Part shown: in pieces, positions 13,001 through 25,000 of the stretch | Layout: the number at the start of each line of letters is the position of its first letter | Position numbering within the stretch: the stretch's first letter is position 1 | Source: Callorhinchus milii | Taxonomy: Eukaryota | NCBI RefSeq assembly: GCF_018977255.1 | Contig: NW_024704742.1 | Coordinates: 62,250,001-62,314,000 of the forward strand | Direction: 5' to 3' | DNA length: 64,000 bases | The notes under the pieces: model-generated | Seen by the model: only the letters and a program-made list of their open reading frames with translations | The model's database searches: none | What the model was told of the DNA's origin: nothing | Made by a program: the position numbers and the translations under genes

Positions 13001-16000
13001 TGGCTGCCGAGAGGCGGATTCTCTATTTGAGAAAGTCAGCGGAGCCCATAAGCAATATTTTGTGTTTCCCTTCCAGAAATATAACAACATTTACACAGCT
13101 CCTCTTTCATGTTGGAAGGACATCTCAAACCTTCAACACTGTCAGCTGGCACCTGAGCTGGATGTGGGAGTCAAGAGAGTGGGATGGTGAGTGGAAAAGA
13201 TGACCAAAAACTTGGTCAAAGAGTTAGTTCTTGACTGCCTTGAAAGAGGGGAGGAAGTCAGAAGGATTCCAGGAATGGAACTTCAGAGAGTGAGGGCAAA
13301 ATGGCGATGGTGGGGCAGATTGGGTGGGGGGGGGACATGAAACAAGCTGGTGTTTGCTGGGCTATGGGAATGGCCAGTTTGGGAGGTTGTATAGGTGTAG
13401 GGGGTTGGAATGAAGGATATAGAGAAGTTTTTCACTGGGGAAAGAGGGAGCTTTCTGTGAGGAAACTGCACGGCACTCGATGTCTGTCCTCGGCTCCCCC
13501 CCCTGCGGCAGCCGAGGGAAGCTACGATCGTCTGTCCTGACAGTGAGCCATAAAACACTGCCCTCAATTCTCCTTTCTTTCTGCTCTCTCACACTTTTTG
13601 TTTCTCTCTCTCCTTCTCTCATGCTCTCTCTCTCAATCACTCTCCCCTCTTTCTTGGAATCACTCTCTCTCTACCCCACAACTCTCATGCACTCCCTTGC
13701 ACACATTCTCACTCCCTCTCACATCCTCTCTCCTGTCACTCTCTTCCCTCTCACACGCTCATTCTCTCTCTGCTCTCTCCCCACATCTCTGTCAATCACT
13801 CTCTCTCCCTCTCTCTAACACAGTATCTCTGTCATTTCCTCTTTCTCTCTCCTCTCTCTTATTCAATCACTCTCTCCCCCTCCCCCAGATTCCACCCCCT
13901 CCTCTCAACCCCTCTCTCTCCTAATCAGCTGCATGGGGCTCTATCTGCAGTGGCAGGAGCTAGCTGTTGCTAAGGACGCGGTTGGTAAGAGACGTGCTTG
14001 CCTTCCTGACAGACGGCAGCAATGGCCAGCATTATATTGACTCTCCACACTGTGTCCTCCCAACCACCTGCCACTGCCATGAGAGAACATTCACTGGGGA
14101 TGGAGGGAGCGGAAATTGGAATGTTGGAAATGGTGTCAGGACGGATAAAATGACCTGCCGGGCCAGAGGCGGCCAATGGGCCAACAATTGGACCACGATG
14201 ATCGAGAGCAACCATTGTCAACCTCAGAATGGGAGAAGGTGTGGGATACCCCATTTGTCCACTATATGCTAAAGCTACTTCATGGAGTATATTAAACACC
14301 CCATGACCCCAAGAGGTGGCCTTTGCTTGACAACCCATCTTGGAGAAGCAGGGATCGTTTCACAACATTGTTGGACATTTCTTAAAATCTACAGCTTCTG
14401 GGACTCAATCCTTAGCACTGCATAAAGATAAAAGTAAAGTCTACCTTACATTCACAGCTAGGAAAAAAAACTGGCTCAGAAAGCAGTCCTGGTTGCCAGA
14501 AAATGTATCCCATGGCAGTGGAATCATACTCCACCATCCAAAGGATGGCACCCCTGACAATGCAACACATCCCCAAACACTGCATTTGAATGTCAGCTTG
14601 GACGATGTGAGTTCAAGTCTCGACGTGGGATTTGAACCCACAACCTTCTAACCCAAAGACGAGAGTGCTACCATTGAGCCAAGCTGATAGACGAACTTTA
14701 GACTATTCTCTAACAAGTCCTCCAACTTCTTTTTGGAAGTATTGGCAACTTCTTTTTAATGCACATTACCTTGTAGGATATTTCAAAGTTTTCACCTCCC
14801 CAGATCTGAAGACCAGGATCATACAGCCCCAGTTCAAAAAAGAAATCTCTTTCAATAGCAAACAACCCCCCAGCCATGGCAGGGGATCTGTGAAGGTCAT
14901 TGTTAAAAGAATACACAACAAATTAGTAATTTCAATGAAAACAAATGATACAATTCTTGTATTTTTACTGTTAGATATCTTCTTAACTATCCTGAGTTTC
15001 AAAAGCAAAATCTAAATATATAACAATTTAAATCTGCAGCAGTGCACTCTTCCAAGAAGCAAATTTCTGGTCAATCTCCTAAATCAAGAAGTAATCAAAC
15101 ACCAATATAGAATCATAGAATATTACAGCACAGAAGGAGGCCATTGGCCCATTGTACCTGTGCCAGCTCTTTGGAAGAGCTCCCCAATCAGTCCCACTCC
15201 CCTGTTGTTTCCCATATCCTTGCAAACATATAGATCCTTTAAAAAGTTTAATAATCCTTGCATTTAATACAGCCCTTTATCAATCATCGAGACATCATAA
15301 AGGGCTTCACAGGAATTTACTGTGACTGCATGTGTAGGCAAATGCAGCAGCCAAGGTGCACACAGCAACATCTCACAAACAGCCATGAAGAAAATAGCCA
15401 ATTCTGATTGGGGGGTTGTTGGCTAGGATACTTTAAATAGTGCCAGGGGATTTTTAACGTCCACCTGAACAAGCAGTTGGTTTAAAGGCTCATCCAAAGG
15501 TCGGCACCCCCGATAATGCAGCATACCCTCAGCACTGCACTATAATGTCAGCCTGGACCATAGGGTCTCCAACTAGGCAATCACCACCAGGTGATGCTTT
15601 CGCTCATGATCAAAAAGACAAAAGAGGGAGCAATAGAAGCTTGGTTATTGAGTCCAATTGAAAATGAAGCCAGATGCACAAAGTATTTCATGCATCTCTA
15701 AATATAAACTTTAATGTTTAAACTGTGGTAAATATTACTCCTTCCTCTTGTTTTAATTGAGCATGCGAGAGATTCCACCTAGCAATATTTAACTGGTTGG
15801 AGACCCCTGGCCTAGACTGTGAGTTTGAAGTTTCAACCTTCTAACTCAGAAACGATAGTGAACTGGAACTAGGCTAACAAGTACAACAGGGAACCATACA
15901 TATTGCAAATGAAAAACCTCTGATAATAGTAAAGCACCTTAATTACATACAATTACCATCTATTAGGTATAAAACTTAAAAAAGAAAGCAATACAATTGA

Positions 16001-19000
16001 ATCCAATTCATGACTTTTGACCTTTTTTGCCCAAGAAGAATCTTTTGTTGTTCCCGCTGTACTCACTGATGTCAGTGCAATTAGACTTGTATGTTACAAA
16101 GGTATTCAAATACAATATATTGGTTGCTTATTGTTGATTTAAGATCAGGCAATTGTTTCAGATTGTTTTTCATGTGGTTAACTATTTGAATGCAAGTGTG
16201 GAACCATTGATCTTCATTTCCTTATGCTGCGCTTTGCCCACAGAATATACAGTCAATTCACTAAACAATATATTCATGCCTTTCTATGTTTCCATGATAA
16301 TTTCCTTTATGGCCCCAGTTTGATCTGATGTATAAATTGAATTTCTTGCTCCATGTTAAAATTATGCTTTACTCCAAGTTGTATCCAACATAAGCCCCTA
16401 GTTACTTCCCCCATTTTACAAGAATAATGAAAGTTCAAAGGTTCTAAATTCGAGTCATTTTACATTGTATATAAAAAAAGCAACATGTGATTTGTAATAC
16501 TTCAATCCATTTCTTTTTGTTAAAATAACATTTTTAAAGCACATTCAAATTCAAGGAAGTAAAGATTTATTAAAAGCTGATATTGCACTTTGCTTTTAAG
16601 AAGTTAAAGCAATTAGGAAATTTGCCTTACTATCTAGAATTGCATGCAGTGTCAGACTTCATGCAGAGTCAAAGCACTTTTTATTGTCAGATCTGCAGAT
16701 TATTAAAGTCTCATGATCAGGTAAAGTGAGCCCCAGGTGATAAGAACAAGGAAAAACTTACTTTTGTCAGGGAGTGGGAAAAGGAGAACCACTTGCACCT
16801 TATACAAGGAAAACCCAGAGAAAATTTGAGGATATCAGAAAGGAAAAGAGGAATTAAGTTAAAGCAAACCGCACTCACTAAATTCCAAGGAGCTATTAAT
16901 ATTTAACTTTCACATCAGCCATACTGAATATAAGTGCATGTAGACAAGAGTAGGAAGCACTATATTTACAGTGACCTTCATTTTCCAAATTAGTAAGAAA
17001 TAACATTTATGGTAATGATGTCAAAATGCCTCAAAGTACTTACACTAATTATTGTCAAGTGCAGTAATTGTTTTATGGTTACAGATTTTTTTAAAAAACT
17101 TGAAATCCAGCAGTAACTACAACCTTGTCTTATATAGATTCACTGGGCCTCAACCCATGAGAAGAAAAGGCTTTAATCTTTTGGTGAGATGCCCAAAACA
17201 TCCCCAAACATTGTTTTTAACATAAAGCCCTACAAATGTTTGCAGGAACACAAATGTGAGCGATTTGCTTTAATTAACAACACAAACATGTAAACAAAAT
17301 AATTAATGCATGAAAACATCTACTATCTGAAATACTGTGATTAGAACTACAGAATACTTTTTTTCTTTAGAGAAGATTAGTGCTGCTTCTTATTTTCTAC
17401 AAGACCGAACATATTATTGCAGGTAAAAACAAAAATTAAGGATCGACCAATATTTAGTGCCAGAACACACAAAAAGTTTGATTCTCGCAAGCTATAACAC
17501 AGTGCACTATTGTATATGAACTACTATGGGATCCTGTATATCACAGAATTCAGTATTTGTTGAAAACATTATGTTTTCAATGAATCCATATGGATCTGTG
17601 GTACATGACAGTGATGGGTAGGATTATGTGTCTGGGCTATGGACAGGAGGATGGTGGCAATTCTCTCAAGCATTTCATACTGAGTTGGGCTATGCATCAT
17701 GTGGTTGGCTTAGAAAAATTCTAGTGCCTGTTGTCCACCTAGCAAGATTTCAAACCTGTGTTTGTGAAATGTCTAATTACCAATTTTTGGGGATTGGCTG
17801 AGTCTCAAACAAATTATAATGTCCAACTAATGGTTTCACAACCAGTGAAGCCTCACCATTAAATCCCAACCTTACTCAAAATGAGGTTGTGATACCTTGG
17901 TTCATTGCACATGTGCACAGCCATCGAGCAAACTTCTTGAGTGCCTGCCAATCCCAATATTATTTAAGCTTTAAACGAATCAATGCTATCTCTGTAGTGA
18001 CTATCTTCTGGGGGTGGGGGGATGTGCTGAGGTAAACAGTAGTTCATTGGGATTGAACTGGCTCCAGGATGACGAGTCTGCCAATAAAATAGTGGAATTG
18101 CCTTCTGTTACTGACTGAGTTGTCCAGATCCTGAGTCAAGTAGGTCCACAGTACTGTTGATGATGGAGCAGGGAACCAATCAGCAGGACTTGGTAGGTAC
18201 AGAGCAGTCCCTGGGGAATGGGAATTTTTCTCACTTGGCTCCCAGTTGATCAAATATGACTGTAAAAGTATACTGTATAATTAAATTACTCTCAGCAAAA
18301 AAAGTGTAATTTCATTCTGTTTTGGGATGATTCTCTTGCAAGATATTCATTTTTGCGATTTTGACAGCATTTTGCACCTTGCCCTAACATTAATATTATA
18401 TTTGGGATCAAAACAATCAAATTTGGGAAGGAGAAGCCCAATTCATACTTCCCGTTTTACAATCCATTAGAATCACATTAATTTACAGCACAGAAGAAGG
18501 CCATTCGGCCCATTCTGTCCGTGATCGTTCTTTTAAGAGAATCCTTTCAGTCCCATTTAACTGCCATTCCCTATTTACTCCTTTTTAGATATTTATCTAG
18601 TTCCCTTTTGAAAGCTAATATTGAGTTGATAAACAAGTGAAACACAAAATTGAATATTAATATTTTTTAATACCTGCCATGTGCTCAATTTCCTTAAACA
18701 CTTGTAATGCTGCCCTGAACATTCCTGGGCCTAGACTATGAATGCCTGAGAATTTTCAAATAACTCAAAAGACTACAAGCCAGGAGACAAGGCAATATTG
18801 GTCGATCCCTACTGACAATAATTTATGTTAGAGGCTATTAGAATTTATATTAGAAATTTTGTTAAATATGCAATTTGCTTGAGGCTCTGGAAATGATTTT
18901 AGAAATCATTTTACTGTAGCTTTTTTTAGTTCATTGTGAGCATTTTAATTCTGATAGGGAAAGCAAAAACAGCGAAATACACAAATATTGTTAATATAAT

Positions 19001-22000
19001 AGAAAAAGAATCTTACAAAGATACTTCGCTAGAATGAGTAACTTAAAGAAAAAGTGACAATGATCAAATGTGATCAAGATTACCGATACGGTTCAGTTTT
19101 ATGTTTTCTCCTTTCCTTCTCCCGCTTGGCCAAAGGGACACGCTTCCACAACATGCTCCAATCCCATGCTCCTCTAGCAAACCCATCTTCGTCACCACCC
19201 CCTTGAGGTGATATCTGGTAATTATTTCCACTTATGCCATCTATGAGTGGCACAGTACATGCAGTTCTGCAGATTTGGCAATATCGTTGTTGGACCAGGG
19301 AAGGTAGGTGAAGGGATCCATGCGTCAAATACATAATTGGAATTAGGGTGAGGGATGCAGCAGAAGGATCCATGCGAGAAAGGGAAAATGACAGGACTTA
19401 GACATGTCAAACAATTCAATTCATCAGTAATTACCGATAAGGCTCAGTTTTATGCTTCCTTCTGGCCTTTTCACGACTGTTTAACGGCATGCGTTTCCAT
19501 AGTAAGCTCCAATCCCAGGCCCCTCTGGCAAAACCATTCTCATCCCCACCTTGTTGTGGTTCAATGGTAAAGTCATTGCCATCTATGTAATCTATAAGGG
19601 GAACTGTACATGTAGTTCTGAAACAAATAACAGATACTGAAATAGATCACAATTAAGTGTATTCCCCATCAGATAGCACCTGCACATAAATTCTGGTGTG
19701 TTCAGTCAACAATTAATAAATAAACTGACTTAAAATAGGACACTAGAAAATAAGACATTTTATATCTTATTAAGTGCTGAACCCTGGATGCACAGAAGCT
19801 ACACAGAAAGATGCAGCAATTTGAATTACTGTTATCTAAAGCTACTGTGTAGAATCATTTAGTTAGTTTAATGTGCAATGTTTAAGTTCTGTGATGATAA
19901 TGCTGTGGTTATGGGTTCAAATGAACTGTAGCAGCTGCACTGCCACATTAGCTTTGACTAGGATAATACTAGCTTTGACTTTGAATAGAATACAACTCTG
20001 AAATAATATTCTAGCCACTGTTCAACTAGATTTCAGATAAAATTGCCTTGGGTTACCTGTCCTTAGCGATGGGAGCTACGAGTGATGCGTACCAGTTAGG
20101 TCCAACTTCACAATGTGCATCAAGATATATTAACACCTGAAAACACATTAGATAACTATTATTTAAATAAATCCATAACTCAGAATTTGTCAGGAACAAC
20201 AATAATATTTAGGTACAGCGCCTTTCATGTCAGGAGGATATCTCAAATGCTTCACAGGATTTACTGTAAGATGTAGTCATTGGGTATTTTATAGACGAAC
20301 ATGACAGCCAATTTATCCACAGAAATGTTCCACAAAGAGCCATGAAATTCTCTTCTCTTTTCATACAGTGTTGTGATATCTTTAATTTCCACCTGAACAG
20401 GAAGACCGGATCTCGATTTTAACATCTGAAGGACAGCATCTCAGAAAATGCAATGCAATACATTGAAGTGTCAGCCTGGACTATGTGAGTTCAAAGCCCT
20501 GACATGGGGCCACAGCCCACAGCCTTCTGACTGAAAGATGAGCTCCAGGACACCTGGGTTAGGAAGGGAAACATGCATGTCTATATGCAAATGTCCATGT
20601 AATAATAATAATCCTTGCATTCGAATTAGCGCCTATCACAACTTTGAGACATCTCAATGCGCTTCACAGAATATACTGTAAATTGAATTGCGCACAGCAA
20701 TAAACAGCCATGGGTTGAGTGACCAAAATATTATGATTATTTATTTATTTTGAAGGCATTATTACTCCCTGTCGAGTCTTGTAGTTTAGTGGTTAGAGCA
20801 CTCGTTGCAAGCGAGAGGACCTGGGTTCGATTCCCGGGCAGGGCGAAACGTTGTGCAAGTTTCCTTACTTCACACACCTCTGTTCACCTAGCAGTAAGTA
20901 GGAACCTGGTTGTTAGTCAATTGGCGAATCGCTTTCCGGGGGTAATAATCCCTCAAAAATAAAATTGGTCACTCAATACACGACTGTTTGGAGGACACTG
21001 CTGTGCGCAATTGGCTGCCGCATTTCGCTCATAAAATACAGTCAATTCACATTACAATATATTCTGTGAAGCGCTTTGAGACATCTCAACGATGTGATAA
21101 GGCGCTATATCAAATCCAAGGATTATTATTATTTATTATTATTAGTTGTGATTCCAAATAGCTATTGTCATGTTCAAGTCAACACTCATTTTCTAGGCTC
21201 ACAAGAACAGCACTGTGGTATGCTGTCTCAGCGCACAGCAGTGTTCCACAAACAGTCATGGACTGAGCGACAATTTTTTTTTTTGAGCGATTATTACCCC
21301 CGGAAAGCAATCTTCCAAATCTGAGTTCCTACTTACTGCTAGGTAAACAGAGGCATGTAGAGTAAGGAAACTTGCTTAAGGTTTTGGCCTGCAGGGAATC
21401 AAACCGGATCTTCTCACCTGTGGTGCGAGCGTGCTAACCATTACACTCCAAGACTCCTCACTACAGGACTCTACAAATATATGTGTGGTTTGAAAGAGGA
21501 AGGAATTTACTGTACTTGTCCAAGCTTTACTTTATTTACTTTTACTGTACCTGTCCAAGCTTAGCCTTTTGAGCACCAATGCTTCTTGCTTGAATTAACC
21601 CTTCTCTCCTTTCATTTCGAAATACTTTGACTAATCCATTCCATTGTTTCAGGTATTCCTCCAGTCGTTCTTTTAAATGAACTGCAGACAAGATCACAAA
21701 TCAGTCATAAGAATGATAATTATTTATGAAAAAAATGCAAAAATGCAATTCAGTTCTTTCCTACCCATTTTAACACTTAAAAAGGCTGCAAAACTAGTTG
21801 TGAATTATTCACTGAAATTACAATGTTTCTTAACAGATTCAATTTGATGATGCACCACATTTTTATCAACAGGAGCTGGTACAGTCAGACCTGCATTCCT
21901 AGGGCAAGTCAGAACACATGAAATGAATGGCTTCATTGTAACTTGTAACATTAACACCAATTTGACACATTGAAGGTAGACCTTGAAGTAAATTGTAGGA

Positions 22001-25000
22001 TGTAGATTATTTTATCAAATATTTAAACCAATACCAAACTGTATGTTCTTAAAGGTGTCAGTTCAGCTCAGTTTGTGACACTCTAGGTCAATAGGATGTG
22101 CATTGAAGACCCACATCATAGTCCAGGCAGACACTCCAGCGCAGTACTGATGAAGATACTTTCTTTTGGGTGAGACTTTAAGCACAGTCCGATAGTGAGC
22201 CCCTGTTCACATGCATGATAAAGAACCAATGTCACTATTTGAAAAGAGACGGGAGTTTTTCCAGAATCATAGCCTAAGGTCATCCAGATTAATAATAATA
22301 ATAATCCTTGCATTTGATATAGTGCTTTTCACATCTTCTAGACGTCTCAAAGCGCTTCACAGAATATGCTGTAAACTGAATTGACTGTATATTTGTGGGC
22401 GAAACGCATCAGTCAATTGCGCACAGCAATGTCCCACAAACAGTCGTGGATTGAAAATGAACAATTTATTATTGTTTTGTTTTGGAGGGATTATTATTAG
22501 GCGTGTGCAGTAAGGAAACTTGCCCATGGTTTTGCCCTGCCTGGAATTGAACCCAGATGTCTCGCTTGCAAGGCGAGCGCTCTAACCACTGAGCTACAGG
22601 ACTCCAGATTAATCGATCATTTGCTTTATTGCTGTTTTGTAGGAACTTGTCAGCACAAATTGCTGCCACGTTTGCTTACAAAACAGTCACTACACTTCAT
22701 AATAATTACTTTGCAACATTTTGGCATCAATACGCAGTTTTTTATTTCTCTATCTATAACAGGAGCAAATATTGTTTGGTCAGTTACGTGTCTGTCACCT
22801 GCAGAAACCCATCTCCATGATTAAGAGTATCCATATCAGGCAGAGTTCCACAAATACGTGTCACCTACATATGGAAATTTCCCTGTGTCTAGAATGGATT
22901 GTGTGCTCTCTCCCCAGAGAAAAACACTATAATCTAGAAAGTATTAGCATGGGTTGGAGAGAGCCACAATTTAGAGATCCCAGACTGTGCATTGGAGCAC
23001 TGTGGTGTTTAAAATATACAAAACAATATTCAAATGATTTGGGATTTCATAAGCATCACAATACAAAATATTTACATGAAACTCATCTTTCTTTCAAAAA
23101 ACTGAGAGAAAATTCACTACTAACTTTACTGCCATTAGGATCTGTGGCTCTGAGATAAATAAGGCCTATGAATGCCAAAAACCTGACAGCCAGCTCAACT
23201 ATTACCAGCTCCTATTATTGTTACGACCACAATTGTGGTGTTTGTGCAAGAAAGCCTTGCTAATTTAATACAGTCGTCAGCTCACCTCTGATGTCACTTT
23301 CTATACATTGCACACTGTAACAACTGATAAAGCACCTATAACATTTAGAATATCTTAAAGCACTTTACAAAGTTTCTGTGTAGTGAATGTATTTGCAGTC
23401 ACGCACTGCAGCCAATTTGATTACAATGACAGAGCAATTGAAGAGCTAGGTCTTAAAGGTGGTCTTTAAAGGAAGCAAGGTTAGGAGGTGAGTTAGAGGG
23501 ACTCCAAGACTGAATTCAGCCTGATTAAAGGTCATCAACCTGAAATGTTAATTCACTTTCCTCTCTCCATAGGTGCTGCCTGACTTGCTGAGTGTTCCCA
23601 GCAACTTCTGTTTTTATTTTGGAACCTTTAATGATTTGGACAGCACTAAAAGAAACAATGAGGGAGAGGAAAGCAAAATATGTCTGAAGGTTAAGGTAAT
23701 ATCTAGACTAAGCTACAGTTTCAGTGAACACCTGTCACTTCTCCATTGGGGTAGTCAGATTGGCTAAAAGCATAAGAACCTTCGGAAACCTACAAAAATT
23801 GGAGCGAGGTTCAGATTTACCTTTGGTTTTAATTGCGTTCCAGTTCAAAGCCATAAAGCTTAAAAACCTGTGATTCAAACTGGAATGATTCAGTCACGAG
23901 TTTAATTCTGGATTTCTTGCCCGTAGCCACTAGAAATTCCAGGGACATTAAAATGTAATGCCAGCCCGCAATGACAAACATGGTAAATGATGCCCTCTTG
24001 TGGGTATCCTAAAAGATGAATTATTCTATTTGTACAGGCCACAACATCAAAAAATCATATGAAGGAATAAAATAATGACTTAGGTATAGAGTAATTACAT
24101 TGATACGCTTTTACTTTGTACTGAATAAGAATAGTGTTTGAATGCAAATAACAATATATTACCTTTGTTACTGAAGTCATCAATCATAACAATTTCTGCT
24201 AGGTATTTTCTGGGCGTCCGCTTGATAACACTGTGGACAGTCCTCATAAGAGTCGACCACCCTTCATTATGGAAGACGATAATGATACTAGATGTTAGCA
24301 AGTTCTCGTCATAATGCCAATACTTGCACCTGGAAAGAATAAAATAATACTCAGTAACCTAATGGTATTTTACCTCATTTTTAGCAATGAAAAATTAAAA
24401 GTAGGGCAATATGCAGAATCTAACGCAACACCATTCTTTAGACCAATCGTTTCTTCACAAATTAAGTTGGAAAATAGTTAAAGATGAGTATCCTCAAAAT
24501 GGAAGTCTTGAAAATTCTTTATTACAAACCAAAAACAAGGAGAAAACTGCAAAATGTTATGGTACAACATGAAACATATGCATTCATTTTAATTAAACAT
24601 CGAAATCCAATCCAACTCAGACCCATAAACAAAGACAACAGATATTTCTTCCCACTTCTTTCAACATGCAGCAACTACATGAATCACTGATTCACATGCA
24701 ATAACTGAATGAATCACTGACTCTGTATAAAAGCACTGTTGTTTGTTTGAATTTTGTTATTCAGCTGTACCACACAGCAATGCCTTGCTGTTTTTCAACT
24801 GTATTTTAATTTAAGAACTCGGTTGATGTTAAATAAGACAACCATTACCCTTAGACAAGAGGCTCCTTCACCTCACTACCTGTCTAGTACAGTGTTGGCA
24901 AAAGCACGGATTTGGCATTTCACTTCAGACACAAACTTAAAAAATGAGCACAAAAAAAGAGACCTAGTCATAGTTGTTGGAAATCGTATCCAACGTATAT

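Noticed and set aside
19084..19617. Exon-6 duplication as an assembly or haplotype artefact
   Set aside because: The copies are too diverged (14 aa changes plus many synonymous ones) and the flanking introns are not duplicated.
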